Source: Octopus sinensis (Eukaryota). From it: a stretch of DNA of 64,000 bases. Both the position numbers and the translations under genes were made by a program. The notes under the pieces are model-generated. The model was not told where the DNA came from. It searched no databases and worked only from the letters and a program-made list of their open reading frames with translations. The stretch is from NCBI RefSeq assembly GCF_006345805.1, contig NC_042999.1, positions 164,548,001 to 164,612,000 of the forward strand, given 5' to 3'. Each line of letters begins with the position of its first letter. The stretch's first letter is position 1. Positions 63,890-64,000 of this stretch are shown here, in pieces.

Positions 63890-64000
63890 CAGCATCATTT
63901 TAACATCAATTTTTCCATGCTTGTGTGGGTTGAATGGAATTTGCTGAGGTGGATTTTCTATGGCAGGATGCCTTTCTTGTACAAGGGATCTTGTTTCCAA
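63890..64000 (-). mobile_element. Family-A-related SINE/RTE 3' end (truncated by window edge)
   Basis: catcattttaacatcaatttttccatgcttgtgtgggttg..ggatgcc. Confidence 0.6.

Overview
AT-rich eukaryotic genomic DNA, not prokaryotic. It is most likely a coleoid cephalopod such as Octopus; this is inferred from the SINE/LINE families and microsatellite load, not from a database search. The only host coding sequence I can support is one 129-bp exon on the minus strand (21339-21467) of a conventional protein kinase C, covering the end of C1b and the start of C2. The neighbouring PKC exons were not found, so essentially the whole window appears to be intron. The rest is mostly transposable-element debris: a degenerate Helitron Rep-helicase, two non-autonomous Helitrons, a DD41D (rosa-type) element and three mariner-type elements, hAT, piggyBac and mariner MITEs, CR1/L2-group, RTE and RLE-type LINE fragments, at least four SINE families in dozens of copies, and many microsatellites. 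I found no novel protein-coding system, CRISPR array or rRNA/tRNA gene. The most unusual structures are (i) an RTE 3' end whose UTR has expanded into a two-level tandem array with four matching junctions (about 33655-35822), and (ii) several near-perfect intronic hairpins (7003-7061, 32981-33046, 37208-37393) and inverted SINE pile-ups that would make dsRNA in the PKC pre-mRNA. Boundaries of degenerate repeats are approximate, and all family assignments were made by eye.
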